Source of the DNA: Antedon mediterranea
Taxonomy: Eukaryota > Animalia > Echinodermata
Assembly (NCBI RefSeq): GCF_964355755.1
Contig: NC_092670.1
Span: forward strand, 31,794,388 to 31,858,387
Direction: 5' to 3'
DNA length: 64,000 nt
Shown: one piece after another, positions 51,501 to 64,000 of the stretch
Numbering within the stretch: the stretch's first letter is position 1
How the letters are laid out: each line of letters opens with the position of its first letter
The notes under the pieces: generated by a model
Database searches by the model: none
The model's input: the letters and a program-made list of their open reading frames with translations, nothing else
What the model was told of the DNA's origin: nothing
Translations under genes and position numbers: made by a program

Positions 51501-51830
51501 TTTGGGCACATTATCTAATATACCCTTTAGAGTAGAAACCTAACTGAATGAAAAATGGCATTTCAATTTATCACACAGCTTGTAAGCCTTTTTTGAAATG
51601 CAACTGTATTATACTGTAGTACAATACCCAAATATATATATATGATATATACACAGTACAATGATATTTATGTTATTATTTATATTAATATTATGGTCTC
51701 ATTGATTTTCTTCTAGAACCGTACCCTTAGAGATCAAGTTGAAGAATTGGAAACAGAAAAAGGCCATCTAAAAAAACGGTTAGAAAAACTTCGCCAAGTG
51801 CGGATTACCACAGCCGTAGCAGAGGTTTAG
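36584..51830 (+). CDS. LRRFIP2: Leucine-rich repeat flightless-interacting protein (LRRFIP1/2 homologue), coiled-coil. Exons 36584-36715, 40595-40681, 42564-42617, 43023-43070, 46055-46165, 46934-47104, 47862-47954, 48948-49130, 50285-50405, 50988-51067, 51222-51326, 51717-51830
   Basis: All exons are GT-AG and phase-compatible. Hallmark peptides [12 protein letters not shown]|[63 protein letters not shown] and [10 protein letters not shown]; TAG at 51828-51830. Confidence 0.93.
36793..36972 (+). repeat. Short tandem duplication (~93 bp x2) in an LRRFIP intron
   Basis: AGGCCAACTGGCCTTGC..CTAAAATCCCCAAATTCGAGGCCT appears twice. Confidence 0.8.
37628..38653 (+). repeat. Recent tandem duplication (~515 bp x2) in an LRRFIP intron
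   Basis: 37628-38142 is nearly identical to 38143-38653; duplicated ORFs 37601..37783 and 38110..38298. Confidence 0.92.
45654..45813. mobile_element. PIF/Harbinger-like MITE
   Basis: TAA|AGCTCTGTCTACACTAT...ATAGTGTAGACAGAGCT|TAA. Related copies at ~42029-42178 and ~43690-43790. Confidence 0.8.
47225..47538 (-). mobile_element. tRNA-derived SINE in an LRRFIP intron
   Basis: Minus strand has a Pol III A box TGGCCAAGCGG and B box GGTTCGAGCC, a non-tRNA body, and an A-rich tail (TAATAAAATAAAATAG). Confidence 0.72.
47996..48810. repeat. 21-bp GC-rich minisatellite GCAGCCCTACGCAGACACATG (intronic)
   Basis: Near-perfect units at the 5' end, diverged toward the 3' end. Lies between LRRFIP exons ending at 47954 and starting at 48948. 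Confidence 0.95.
49271..49561. mobile_element. MITE-like element with imperfect TIRs
   Basis: AGCCCGTTCGGACG... and ...CGTCCGAACACAGC, with internal TTACACGTG/TTACACATG sub-repeats. Confidence 0.5.
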
Positions 51831-53461
51831 TAATATTGTCATTGTATGCGGAATATTGTTTAAAGTGGTACTTAAAGATAATGCCATTCTAAACAGTTGC
51901 TAATCAACAGCCATAGGAGCCAAAGGATTGAATTGCCCTGAGAACATGCACTTTTTGGTGTAAGTAATATAGCACATTGTGCAAGAAGATGGGAGTGAAA
52001 TATAGTCAAAATCTCTTAAACTTTTTTCAATATACACTGTGTCTACTTATCATTAATGCAAGAGGCACATTTACTATGGAGATTAGAATAATACTGTACA
52101 TCTTGACAAGAGAGGACCATGCTTGCACTTGTCGACCAATCTCCCATAATGCAACAATCAGAGCGGAATTTTGGCGGCAACTGCCAAATTTTTACTGATA
52201 TAAGATGCATGGATAATACAAGAATTCTTCCCCCTATTCTACCCAATCCTCTTCCCAATGGAAACTTTCTTTCTTTAAACATGTTTCACACTGTTAATTT
52301 CGTATAATTGTTTGTCTTACAAGTATAAAATTTGATCCCCACAATCATAATATGAATTTATTATGCCTGTAGGCACAGGATTGTTAGAGGGACAAAAGGA
52401 AATTTACTTATGTAGAATTGGTAAAAAAAAATACTCATGAGCTAAACATATTAACATTTCTTCCACTGTTGATCTCTAGTTTTTAAGGGAACTTCAGGAC
52501 AAAGGGGATTTGTTAGAAGCCCACGAACCTCCTCTGGCTTCATGCTTGATTAGTTTCATCCACTTCTTGGCCAATTGTATCAGTATTTTTATTTGTATAA
52601 AAAAGCAACATGACCAAATGTCACAGGTCATATGTTGTCCTTTATAAAGGCAAATGTAGATCGTGGTGTATGCTGCCACCTTAAGTGCAGGTCATGGAGT
52701 AAGGAATAGGCTTCTTTGTACAGCAATTCTGTAGTGTAATACATAAAAAGCAACATGAATGAAAAATTATTGTAGTTGTGTGTAGTACTAATAATTTGTA
52801 GTTTTCTTCTATTTCATAATTCAAATGTAAACATTAGGATATTACGTAAGTAACAAATATAACTTCTAGATAACAACCAAACATTTTCAACTTTTAACGA
52901 ATCGCATGGTGTACTGCAAATGTTACTTCAACATTTCAGCAAATGTTTCTTTGCCATGCAAACACATTAATGTACAGACTTATTTATTTACGTACGACTG
53001 TGATTCGTAAGTTTTTTTTTACTGTATTTGAATGTTTTTGATGATAAAAAAATTCACTAATAAAAAAAATAAACAAGTCTAATAATAAGATTGGTTTGTG
53101 GTGAAAAAATGTGTATGAAAACAATGATTTTAGATTGTATAAAGAACAAAAGGTAGATTTTTTTGTAATTTAAAATGCTATTTAAGTTTTTTCTTTCTTT
53201 TTTTGAAATGGTTTAAGATGTTAGCATAGATACTATCAATTGTCATATATATATTTATTTATCTCTCTTATTCACAGAGACACTAAGACTAAAAATAAGT
53301 ACAGTATAATAATTTGTTGTAGGAATGCAGGTGTAATGTCCCAGTTTTTTTCGTTAGATACATTGATACTTGTTTTTTTAACATACAGTATACACACGAA
53401 TAAGACATGACTTATACAATTCATACCATACTAGTTATGGTTATATACAAACCTAACTTAA

Positions 53462-53780
53462 AGATGTATTGTCCCCCTGAAATTTTTTTTTTTTTAATAT
53501 GCCATTTTAATGTCACATAATAATTATCCAACCAAAATTTCGATCGAAAAAAAAAAGGTATTTACCTTAAAAAATGTAATTTAAAGCAAAAAAATGGTCA
53601 AATTGGCTGCCAGCCAATGTTTTTTTGGTGAAATTTAACCATTTATTTTGTCATTTTGTAAGTGAAAACATTTTTTTTTTTCTATGGAAGTGATTAACTT
53701 TATTAAAACTACAAAATAACATATTCAAAGTCTGATTTAATTAATCTTAATTGTTCATGTTTTTGGAGGACAATACATCT
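53462..53780. mobile_element. Kolobok-like MITE (same family as 4187-4465, opposite orientation)
   Basis: TTAA|AGATGTATTGTCC ... GGACAATACATCT|TTAA. Confidence 0.8.
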
Positions 53781-55649
53781 TTAAAATATTTTTTAAAAAT
53801 TCTGTTTTTTGAATCATTAAATTTGGTGGGTTTTTTATAGTCTGAAGTGTTTTTTCAAGAATATGAAATGAAAAAAAAAGTTTTTTATATGAGCTTTAAC
53901 CTTTTTTCCCATCTGTGAAACACATAATTCAAATTGGTTACATACTAAAAGCAATGTATTCTGGCTGTGGCTTGGGAAAAACATTGACCATAATGCAAAA
54001 ATTGTTTTTGTTTAATGTACAAAATAGTTCTTTACAAATAAAAGTGGTACTTTGCATCAACTTAAATATTAAATATAAATATCAAAGCTGTCACAAATTA
54101 TTAAGAATTAAATGGTAATTGCTATATATATCATTCATTTCATAAACATATATTTATAGTTTCCACATCATACTCTATATATATACGAATTAAATAAATA
54201 TATAAAAAAAATGTTTCAATTGCCCTCCACAACCATACCAAATTAAAAAAAACAATTTTCATAATTTTTTTTGTGAACTTAAATATACAGTATGCATAGT
54301 TTTATGTGTTATTATAGTTTTTCTTACATATGTGAAATCTCCAGTTTATTTTAAAAAGGGAAAAATCTACAAAAATATTACAAATCATTGGTGGGTTGGG
54401 TTTAACCCATTATGTCTCAAAAATTTAAACTTAAAGAAACGGTAAATATGTTGTTCATAAACAAACTTTTTTTATTTATATTTGAGCCTGAATAATGAAC
54501 CAAATTTTGCATACTATACCAGTTAACCTGTCTTCTATTTTCTATTGTACTGAAATAGTTAATACTTTTATTCTGATTAAAAATTTGTAATCATATTTTA
54601 GTAAATTTCTTATAATAAATCTATTGTTGAACCATAATACTAATAACAACACACAATTGTTTATAAGATTTTCAAATTAACTGCCAATATTTTATACATT
54701 GCTTGGTATTTTTTTATTTAGGTTAAAATATTTTGTTATGGTTTGGTATGACACTGCATTAAATGTAATTTTAGTTGTGGGTTTTGTTATGGTCAATGAT
54801 CGGGGTTTTTCATCACCCTTGGCTAGCCCTACAAAACAATTTACACAAATTTTACGCCATTCCCCATAATTTTCACACTATTAACTTTACGAGGGCCGGG
54901 CGGATCCAATATTTTTAAACCATGAATCTCTATATATATTAATATTCTGTCAAAAATAGATATCAAAAAGTAGTTAATAATTTCATTTTAGCTGTCAAAA
55001 GGGGAAGAGCACACCACTAGCGCTACCCATGTTTTACCTCTTACCACACTATAATCAGCCAAAAAACGAATGAATCCGTCACTGAACAATTATATTAGGC
55101 CTACTTTATTAAATAATGCGACATAAGACAACTTAAATAATATTATTTGCATTGTTCATAATTTATATTTTGAAATTAAATATGTAATGACCATTATTCA
55201 TCTTTTTTTTTTATTGACGTTAAAGATATCAGATGAACTGTATAAATATATATTTTAATTTTATAATTTTTGTAAAATTATATTTTCAGAGGTAATGGTA
55301 GTTTTTATTTACATGTATTAATGCCATGGCAACCAGCAACATATGAAATGTTTCCGCTTGTATTAAACAAATTGTTATATGAAATAGACTAGGGAAAATT
55401 GAAATGAAGTTGTTTTCTTATCTGTCTGCAATAAACCAATTGCCAGAAAAATTGTCTTTGTTATACTAATAGTTTTAGTATTTTGGTTCGAGCTTTTATG
55501 TCTTTTGATTATTAGGCCTACCCAGATTTTATTCCAGAAGTCTAAGATATACAAATGAAATCATCATCATGATGAATAGAAATAATTTTTTAGTTTTGTA
55601 CCTGACCACATTACTGTGTACTTAAATTATGTTGTGGGAAATGATTAAG

Positions 55650-55846
55650 GAGGGTGGGACTTTGGAAGAAAAGTGATTTAATGACGTTTTAAATGACGTC
55701 ACTCTTTGACCTGCATTTTTTAGAGGACATAAATTTATTGGCGGTGGTGGATGGCCTGGCGGAGGAATGACGACATTGGATGTGTGACGTCATCATACTG
55801 TAACAGAAACCGGTAGCGCAAAAAAACATCAGCGGCTGTTTTTGTT
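55650..55846 (+). promoter_or_regulatory. Probable COQ10 promoter/5' UTR with two CRE palindromes
   Basis: TGACGTCA at ~55694 and ~55785 within CpG-containing sequence directly upstream of the ATG. Confidence 0.45.
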
Positions 55847-58800
55847 ATGGCGAAAAATGTCAAAGTTCTGCAACGAATTTATCATAGTTATTATGGTAGA
55901 TTACTCAAAGAGACTCAAATTATAAATCCAAGAAGGTTTGTTGTCAATTTAAATCCGAAAATAATCATAGGCTAGGTAGTTTGAAAGTTTTACCTATAGG
56001 CTAGGCCGGATTGTCAATCACGTCATAGCCAATTGACAATTTTGAAGCACTTCGATTCGGGTACAATGCCCGCGAGGGAGAAGTGAGGTGGCACTGCATA
56101 GGCCTAGCCTAGTTGGACTGATGATAGTTGAGTTGGGATTTGCAACTAAATTATTTTGTAGGAGGTCTGGACATTGAATCAGTTAATTTGTTTAATTTCA
56201 GTTATTTTTTCCCAGCCATTGACTTGGCTATATATAGGCCTATCCTAGTAAACTGTCTCTGTAGTAGTAGTAGTACGTGTAGGCCTAACTAACTAAGCCT
56301 ACTACACTACTGTAGTATATACTAGATTTTATAGTATACTATAGAAAAGCCTAGGCCTATACTAATTAGATCCCTAATTACTATTATATAGGCTAGGCCT
56401 TTTCTTAGTTAGGTCTAGATTTACATTTACAGTACATACACATTGTTTATTGGATTCCCCAACGACAACGTTCAGTCAGATATGAAAATACAAATTGTAA
56501 ACGACATGTGATGGATGGGTTCACATAATAATAACGCAGACTTGGCTGCATCTACGCCTAGGCGTAGATCCAAGCTAGTAGAGTCTATATCTACGCCTAT
56601 TGACCCAATCGGGCCCCTCTTTCTCAGGCCTCCGGCCCTTGTAACCTAAAAAAAAAATCCTTCTAGGAAAATGATGAGAAAAGATAATCAATAAAGAAGA
56701 TGGTGAGTAAAACAAAAATGTAAAAAAAAAAAATACCAAAAATGAGTTTCAAACCCTAACCTAACGCTACATCATTACATTGCAAGACCCAAGCACTAGC
56801 CATCCAGCTGACTTACAATCCACCGATATCATAACCTATTATGTAGTATTTTATCAAAAACTATAGGGGGTGCGATATCGGCGTAAATATAGAATCAGGA
56901 TTGGATTTACGACTAGTCGTAGAGGCAGCCAGTTCGTAATAATAAGCTGAATGTGTTGATCTGAACATCAAGCAAGTATAGGCCCAGGCCTAACTGTACC
57001 CTAACTTACGAATAAGGGCTAAAAGTGCACACTAGACCTTACTTGGAATAAGCCATATTTATGGTAGTCCATAACTCTGACTACCATTTACCATAGTAGT
57101 TTGGAGCAATATTAAGCTTGCCGGATGCATAAATTCCGCTTCTTGTGTAAATAAGCCGCCATTAGCCACGTTATACTAAAATTTCTTAATAAATTGGTAG
57201 TCCAGTATTTTAACCACTGATACATTACAACCCCTACTATGTCTGTACCATTAGTTATTTTCCTTAAATTGAAACTGTAAAGTCCTATAGTACAGTACTC
57301 CTTTGTCTTTCATCTGTTCTTTTATTTTAATTTCTAATTCAATTACTTTTTTTCACATGACTTTCCCATGTCTTCTATTTGCCTGAGTTCCGTTGACAAA
57401 ATCATGTAAAATCATCTTATAATTTTTGCAGTTTATCGGTTTCATTCTACCATCAAGCAAGAGATTCAAACCATTATGCAATACTCAATAGAATTCCGTC
57501 TGCGGGTACAGTCCTTATACCACAAAGAAGCTTCCTTACAGATTATATCCCATCACTGAACAAACGAAAAGAGTACTCGGAAAGAAGAATATTAGGGTAA
57601 GTTTCAACAGAAAAGTATATAAGTAAGAATTTATATTGAATTGGGATAAATATTAGGTAAATTTAGGTCTGCCTTGTTAGCGGAAGCATGCAGAGAATGC
57701 ACTTTTGGATTCCTTTCTGCAGTTATACTTACTAGGTTTAGATCTTAACAAATTAACTAACTGTTTTATTATTAATACTGTAATTGTAGTTAATAAATGT
57801 ATCTTTTATCTAGTATATGGCACATTCTTTAATACAGTATCATAGGCCATTAAACCTAACATAATACAGGCACCGTACATATGTGACACATGTGACAATG
57901 TATTTAACTGGGCATATTTACTGTATGCCATATGTGGAGATACAAATCAGAAATCGAGTATTGTATTGTACAACATCATTTTTAATTTCATTCAACTTTT
58001 TTTTTTATTTATGTGTGTTGTTGTACAGTAACTACAGTCAACTCTTCCAATATCGGACACCTTTGGGCTGGCCTATTATTTCTGGTTATCGGGAAAGTCT
58101 GGTATTCGGAATGTATCTTTAATAGTAAAAAAAGAATTTGGGAGAGTCTGCTGTACTTAGTTTAGAAAGCATTAGTTTAGATTGTTGTTATCTACTGTAT
58201 CAAGACCACTCACTGCCCAATGCATGCTCTAAAAAATTTATGAATTCTAATTCAGATTTTGTTATCTTTGATTTCTTAGGTATTCTATGGAGGAAATGTA
58301 TGAAGTTGTTGCAGATGTTGAAAATTACAAACATTTTGTTCCGTGGTGTACCAAGTCGGAGATTGTTGCACAAAAACCGGGACACTTTAAAGCGCAGCTG
58401 GAAGTTGGATTCCCTCCTTTATGTGAACGTTACATGTCGTTAGTTACTGTTACTAGGCCACATTTAGTAAAGGTAATTGTTTTTAAGGAGTTTTCATATA
58501 AATCCTATTTTTAACGACTGATGACATCATTATTATATTCATTTGCACGACAGCTTACCTTTGCAAACACATTGCATTAATATATTCATCTTGATTTTGA
58601 TTCGATGAAAGAAAAGTTTAGAACAAAGCATATGCAAAGCATACTGTATATGAGTGGTAGTCACTGTGTTGTTCGAAGACCGTAGGGTTTCTTTGGTCGG
58701 TTTGAATTCCATGTTGCTCTCCGTGTGTTTCAAATGGTGGATTGGAATATATAAACAGCGCGCACCATTTTTCAGATGAGACATTAAGCTGTTGATCCTG

Positions 58801-59965
58801 TGAGCACAGTACACTCTTCAAAAAGAGTAGAGGATCGTGCTCATTAAAAAATAAGTGATGAATTATTCTTTTTATTGTTTGTATTATATAAAAATAAAAC
58901 TTTAATTTGACCATTTTTTTTTTTTGTTAATTTATTATAGAATATTTAATTATTCTGCAGAAAATTAATGAAGTGTTTATGCTTTGATACCCTGCGTTTA
59001 TCTACTCTTTCTTTTGACTGGATTGTATTTTCAGTAATGTACAGTAGTACTGTGTTTTTTAATTTGTTCTACGTTTACAAGGTTTAAAGTATTTAAAGTT
59101 ATAAATAAAAACATACATAACATATTACATATAAAATACAGACAAATTAGAACATGCATAATTTGATAATGATGTTCTTATCATTTATTGTATTATTAGG
59201 CTGTTTGTACTAATGGTATGCTGTTTAATCATTTAATGACATCTTGGAGATTTAGTCCTGGCATTAAAGGAAAGGCGGATACTTGTACACTAGACTTTCA
59301 GGTAAATACATTACATACATTAGTGGTCACAGCTTGCTTCAACAAGATTGAATGTTTAAAGATGTATTGTCCCTCAAAAATAGACAAATTAAGATTAATT
59401 AAATCAGACTTTGAATAGATTATTTTCTAGTTTTAATAAAACTTTAGTTTAAATAAACATCTGTGGAAAAAAAAAAAAAAAATGTTTTCACTTATAATAA
59501 GATAATAAATGGTTAAATTAAACCAAAAACCATTATTTTCATGTAAATTTTGTTTAGATCCAATTTTTGGTCAAAGTGGATAACTATTATGTGTCACAGA
59601 GCAATTAAGATGTACCATAGAGATATTATAGTATCTCTATGGATGTACAGCGCCCTCATTTAGCATATTCGAATACTGCCTATAATACAATAGTGTACGT
59701 GTACTTCCCTATTTCCTTGATATCAAACTAACAATTATTTTTAGCCACTTGAATTGATTGAATACATATTAACTAAAATTCCCTTTTTCTTAATTCTTTT
59801 CAGATTTCATTTGAGTTCCGATCAGCATTACATTCAAATTTATCAACTTTATTTTTTGACGAGGTAGTGAAGAAAATGGTAAAAGCTTTTGAGAAGAGAG
59901 CTGAAAAAGTTCACGGTCCTCAAGCAATTAGCAAGTCACAAATAATACATATACACAGTTCTTGA
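55847..59965 (+). CDS. COQ10: Coenzyme Q-binding protein COQ10 homologue, mitochondrial START-domain protein, 236 aa. Exons 55847-55935, 57432-57596, 58280-58472, 59200-59301, 59804-59965
   Basis: GT-AG exons sum to 711 nt. Peptides [67 protein letters not shown] and [17 protein letters not shown]. The basic N-terminus is consistent with a transit peptide. Confidence 0.95.
56535..56936. mobile_element. MITE with imperfect TIRs and a 9-bp target duplication in COQ10 intron 1
   Basis: TGGCTGCATCTACGCCTAGGCGTAGATCCAA / TTGGATTTACGACTAGTCGTAGAGGCAGCCA; TAATAATAA on both sides. Confidence 0.7.
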
Positions 59966-62900
59966 CGTTTCTGCTCAATAATTTAGGATATATTTATATA
60001 ATAATTATGAATTTGAAATTGCATTAAATATATGTGCAAATAGTAGATATTTTATTAAGGGTTGTTCTGTAAAATAATTTTGCAATAAAATATTGTTATT
60101 AGTATATCTAGAATAATACTAAACAAGAGATATTACACAGAAAAACCATATGTGTATAAATGTTTTACACATAAAAGTCGAAAATCATCATGTTACTTTT
60201 GCATGTAATATCTGTTGCATACGTCCAATCGTTAGTAGACGAAACTGTTGAAACAAAAGGTTTATTGCAAATCAAGATATTTATTGATAAAAGTAAATTC
60301 TATAAAAACTATCTAAAAACGGCTCACTTCCATGGGAAAGCGAATTTAATTTCGGCCGTGCTACATAAAAAAACTTAACAAAGTGGCCATAGTGATCAGC
60401 TCCTATCACGTTAGCAGCTCAGTTTTTGTCTTGGTACAGTTTTTTTTTCATGTAAGAAATTCACTAGAGACAAAAGAGTATGCAGAGTTTTATTAGTGTA
60501 GTGTATTGTATTTAACAATTCTATATGCCACATACACTACCTCATGTATTCATTATATTTAAATCAGGCCATAGGCCTACAGATTTTGAAGAACTTTATT
60601 TGCAGTGGTGGTTGGCTGGGCGAACGTTTAAAGGCCACGCCCAAGAACCTCGTCAATCCTTAGGAAAGTGCTAATAATATTTTAATTAAGATAATTTAAA
60701 ACATTATAAACTATTTAGATAATTAAAAACAAAATAATGTCTTTCTTGAATTGAAGTGGAAGAACAGTTTAAGGCAATACTGGCTAATACAAATGTTGAC
60801 TGTGTATTAGAGAAAATAAAGTATGATAGAACAGCTGTTATGATTGGCTCAGCTAATCACCAATCAGATGGCACGATATTTAAAATGTTATAATATGGTG
60901 GTACAGTATCACAAATACTGCTACATTACAATATGCTCTTATTAAATATGTTAAAGTAAAATTGATCGATATTCGATTATGGTATCACGAGGATTTCCCA
61001 CTCTCCTTTAGGCCTGAGACTTTAATATTGGTAGAGTTACATTTATTATGTTTTTCAAGTGTTGAAACTTGCGGGCTCTTCCGAATCTGTAAAAGTTTAA
61101 ATTTAAATACTTCCAAGTGTTTTTTTTTGTTGTGGTGGAAAACAATTTGATGCGTGCCACACGTATGTATTTTTTTTGCGACTGGCGTTTTTTTCTCGTT
61201 GTTAACGAATGACAGTGGTTAAAGCTTATGTATCGATTCGATATAATATTATACACATATTGCCTGAAGTTTCGCTCTGGGATGTCAAATGTTATCATTC
61301 ACCGATATAAAAGACGATATTTGTTATATTATTATAACCAAATATCTGTAGGACTGTTTTTAATTTATAGTATAGCTATACCATAATAACTTATTATTAA
61401 GCCTATTCTTACTGTATATATAATATCATTTTAATATATCATTATTATTCCATGATTATTTATGAAATAGTAATTGAAATAAAGTGATAATTTTTCCTAA
61501 TAAATGTATTTCTCTACTAAACTCTTTCAAATTATTCCAATTATACATTTAGTTTAGTTATTTTGACCTTATTTTCTGGTAATTCTGTTTTTATAGCAGG
61601 ATGTTTTCCTTTTTTATTAGCCTATTTTGATCATATTTGTTCCTGCTGATACTATTCAATAGTAACCAATACAAAAAATGAAATTGTTAGTAATGAATTA
61701 TTACTTTACTGGTTTATATACAAAACACATAACAATAGTCAAAATGCACAGTAGGGCCTTCATATACAGAGAAATAATTGATAGGCCGGGGAGATATTTT
61801 ACATTTTGTTGGTGATAGTTACGGTATGTCATTACTACCGTCATGTTTCTGTATTGTGTTCAGGGGATAGCTGGGCATCAACAATCGTGACGTCATCTTT
61901 TTTCCTCAGCTCTATCCACTAAGTCCTATAGTTTCATCAAATACGTTGGTTTGTAGAGTATAACAGATTAAGATCATTATAGCTCCATGATTATCAGTAC
62001 TGTATTTGATTTAACCATTTGTTCCTTGCCATCTTCCTTAAAGCTTGGTTCCCACTAGCGACGCAACGTAAGAAAATGCCAATAATTGTGTTTGACCCCG
62101 CCTGCGTGATATCAAACCTGCGATGTTTTCAGCACTGGTGCATCGTCGGTTCCCACTTGCGCAATAACAATTACGTTGTAGGATGAATTATTTATTTCTA
62201 AATAGTTCCTCCTCCTACTAATATTAATGAAGAGAAACAACTTATTTGTTACAAAAAGTTCAATAGGCCTACCGATATAAATCGTCTTGTAATTCGAGGA
62301 AGAAATATTATTTGTTGTTATTATTAGATAATACAGCATCTATTCTACTGTGTGCATGTGTTTTATTTATATGACGTAAACGTTTATGTTCTTAAAAATC
62401 GTCAGCGTGTATAAAAAACGTAGTATCTCCTTTAGGGACTATTACATTTAATAAATATATAAATATTGACTTAAATAAGTGACATTTTGCTCTTCCCTCG
62501 TGTTACCAAAAATACTGCACCAAGTGCGGGCACGTGAGGAACACGCCCAGTATTTCAGAATTGTTTAATTATCGTCTTGTAATTTGAAAACAAGGAAACA
62601 TTTAATTGTAATTATAATTAGAAAATTTACGCCCACTATTTCGCAATTTGTTTTTGTGGTTTGAATTTCAAGGAAGTAATTTATGGAAAATATTGAAAAA
62701 CGAAACAATTTATTAACTAAAATTAGTAACAATAGATATTGTAATTCGAGAAAATGGAATAGCTTGATCGATTATGAGTATTAAACCATTTTCTAATTCG
62801 TATTACTTATAACAATTATGATTAGAAAAAAATAATAAAACACATTTTTGCAGAATATTTTTATTAACTTCCTTTTTTAGAAAAAAGCAAGTTTCCATAA

Positions 62901-64000
62901 ACAACGATGAATAAGAAGAATATTTTTTACAAGGACGTGTCAGTTTGATCTCCTTTGCGCGTGCGTATAATCCAGACCATAATGGTTCCTTCGAGGAAGA
63001 GGCGCAATCCAATCGAGCCAATAGAGAATTAAAATTAACCTGTGAGTTTTTTTTATAGTTAGCTATTTAGTCGAAAAAATACATTTTACGGAATTGTTAT
63101 ATTATATACAATTTTATATTATATAGAATTAGGATATTTTAAAACATGTATTATATTTAAAGAATTTAACTAGCGCTGGTTTAGTTTATTAATTATGTAC
63201 ATTTAATTTTATAGCCATATTATAGAAGTAATGTCAGAAGAAGTACCAATATGATAATATGAAAACATGAATCTGGTTTTTCTTAAAAATTATAGGCTAG
63301 GCCTATACTTTGGTACTTGTTATTAACATGAGCAAAATTCCAATATTTGTACATTGTTTTCCTTAAGTTCTTTTTAAAAATGTAGTTATTTTCAATCTTA
63401 ATAAGCATTTAACTTAGCATATTTCAAACCAGCTATTGTTGTTAATAATAATAACAAGAATAACAATGGATGGTCTAACAAAGCTTTTCAGAAACGATTG
63501 ATTGATTTCAGTAAATAATCATTGATGCTAAATGTAGGTCAATAAACAAAAGTGGACAAATAATAATCTATAATAAACGTATTAACATTAATTTGTTTAT
63601 GTTTCTTAATTGTAATATATTATAATACTTAGACATACTTTACTTCATTTTAATGAAAAATTAAATTAAGTTACTTTATAAAATTATTTTTATTTATTTT
63701 TATTTATTTTTATTTTATTTAATTTTCAGGCAAACATACATGACAACACAGCGGTGCAGCACCCTGAGGATTGCCATGAGTGCAAAGCACTATCGAGATG
63801 GCTCTCCATATACTGCACTAGAACATATAAGACAAACATATACACAAGATGCTCTACATAGACAAAGACTTATTATTAAGCATGGAGAAAAATAGAAATT
63901 GTATATGCCTAGGCGTTAAGATAAAAAAATATTTTCAAATAGGCATAGGCCTATTGTATTAAAGATGTATTTTCCCCCAACATATTAGGCCTACACATGA

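Overview
AT-rich, intron-containing animal genomic DNA. The C-type lectin + HYR architecture suggests an invertebrate deuterostome such as an echinoderm (inference). No prokaryotic features were seen, and most ORF-track entries are spurious or are single exons. The left half (1-33 kb) is a transposon-rich accessory region holding two copies of a segmental duplication (about 3369-14500 and 22940-27975) of a C-type lectin (CTL)-HYR gene. Copy A has one visible CTL exon and four HYR exons. Copy B has two CTL exons but lost most HYR exons through a deletion. Comparing the copies exposes empty insertion sites for a head-to-tail Helitron-like array, a non-autonomous Helitron, a 5'-truncated LINE with an intact RT frame, and a MITE. 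The right half holds two conserved + strand genes reconstructed by hand from GT-AG exons: an LRRFIP1/2 homologue (36584-51830) and COQ10 (55847-59965). The best leads are a candidate in-frame upstream exon giving LRRFIP an MGxxxSK myristoylation-type N-terminus, divergence concentrated in the lectin ligand-binding loops, a perfect 73-bp-arm palindrome, and TAGGCCTA clusters just inside both genes. Coordinates were counted by eye and may be off by a few bases.
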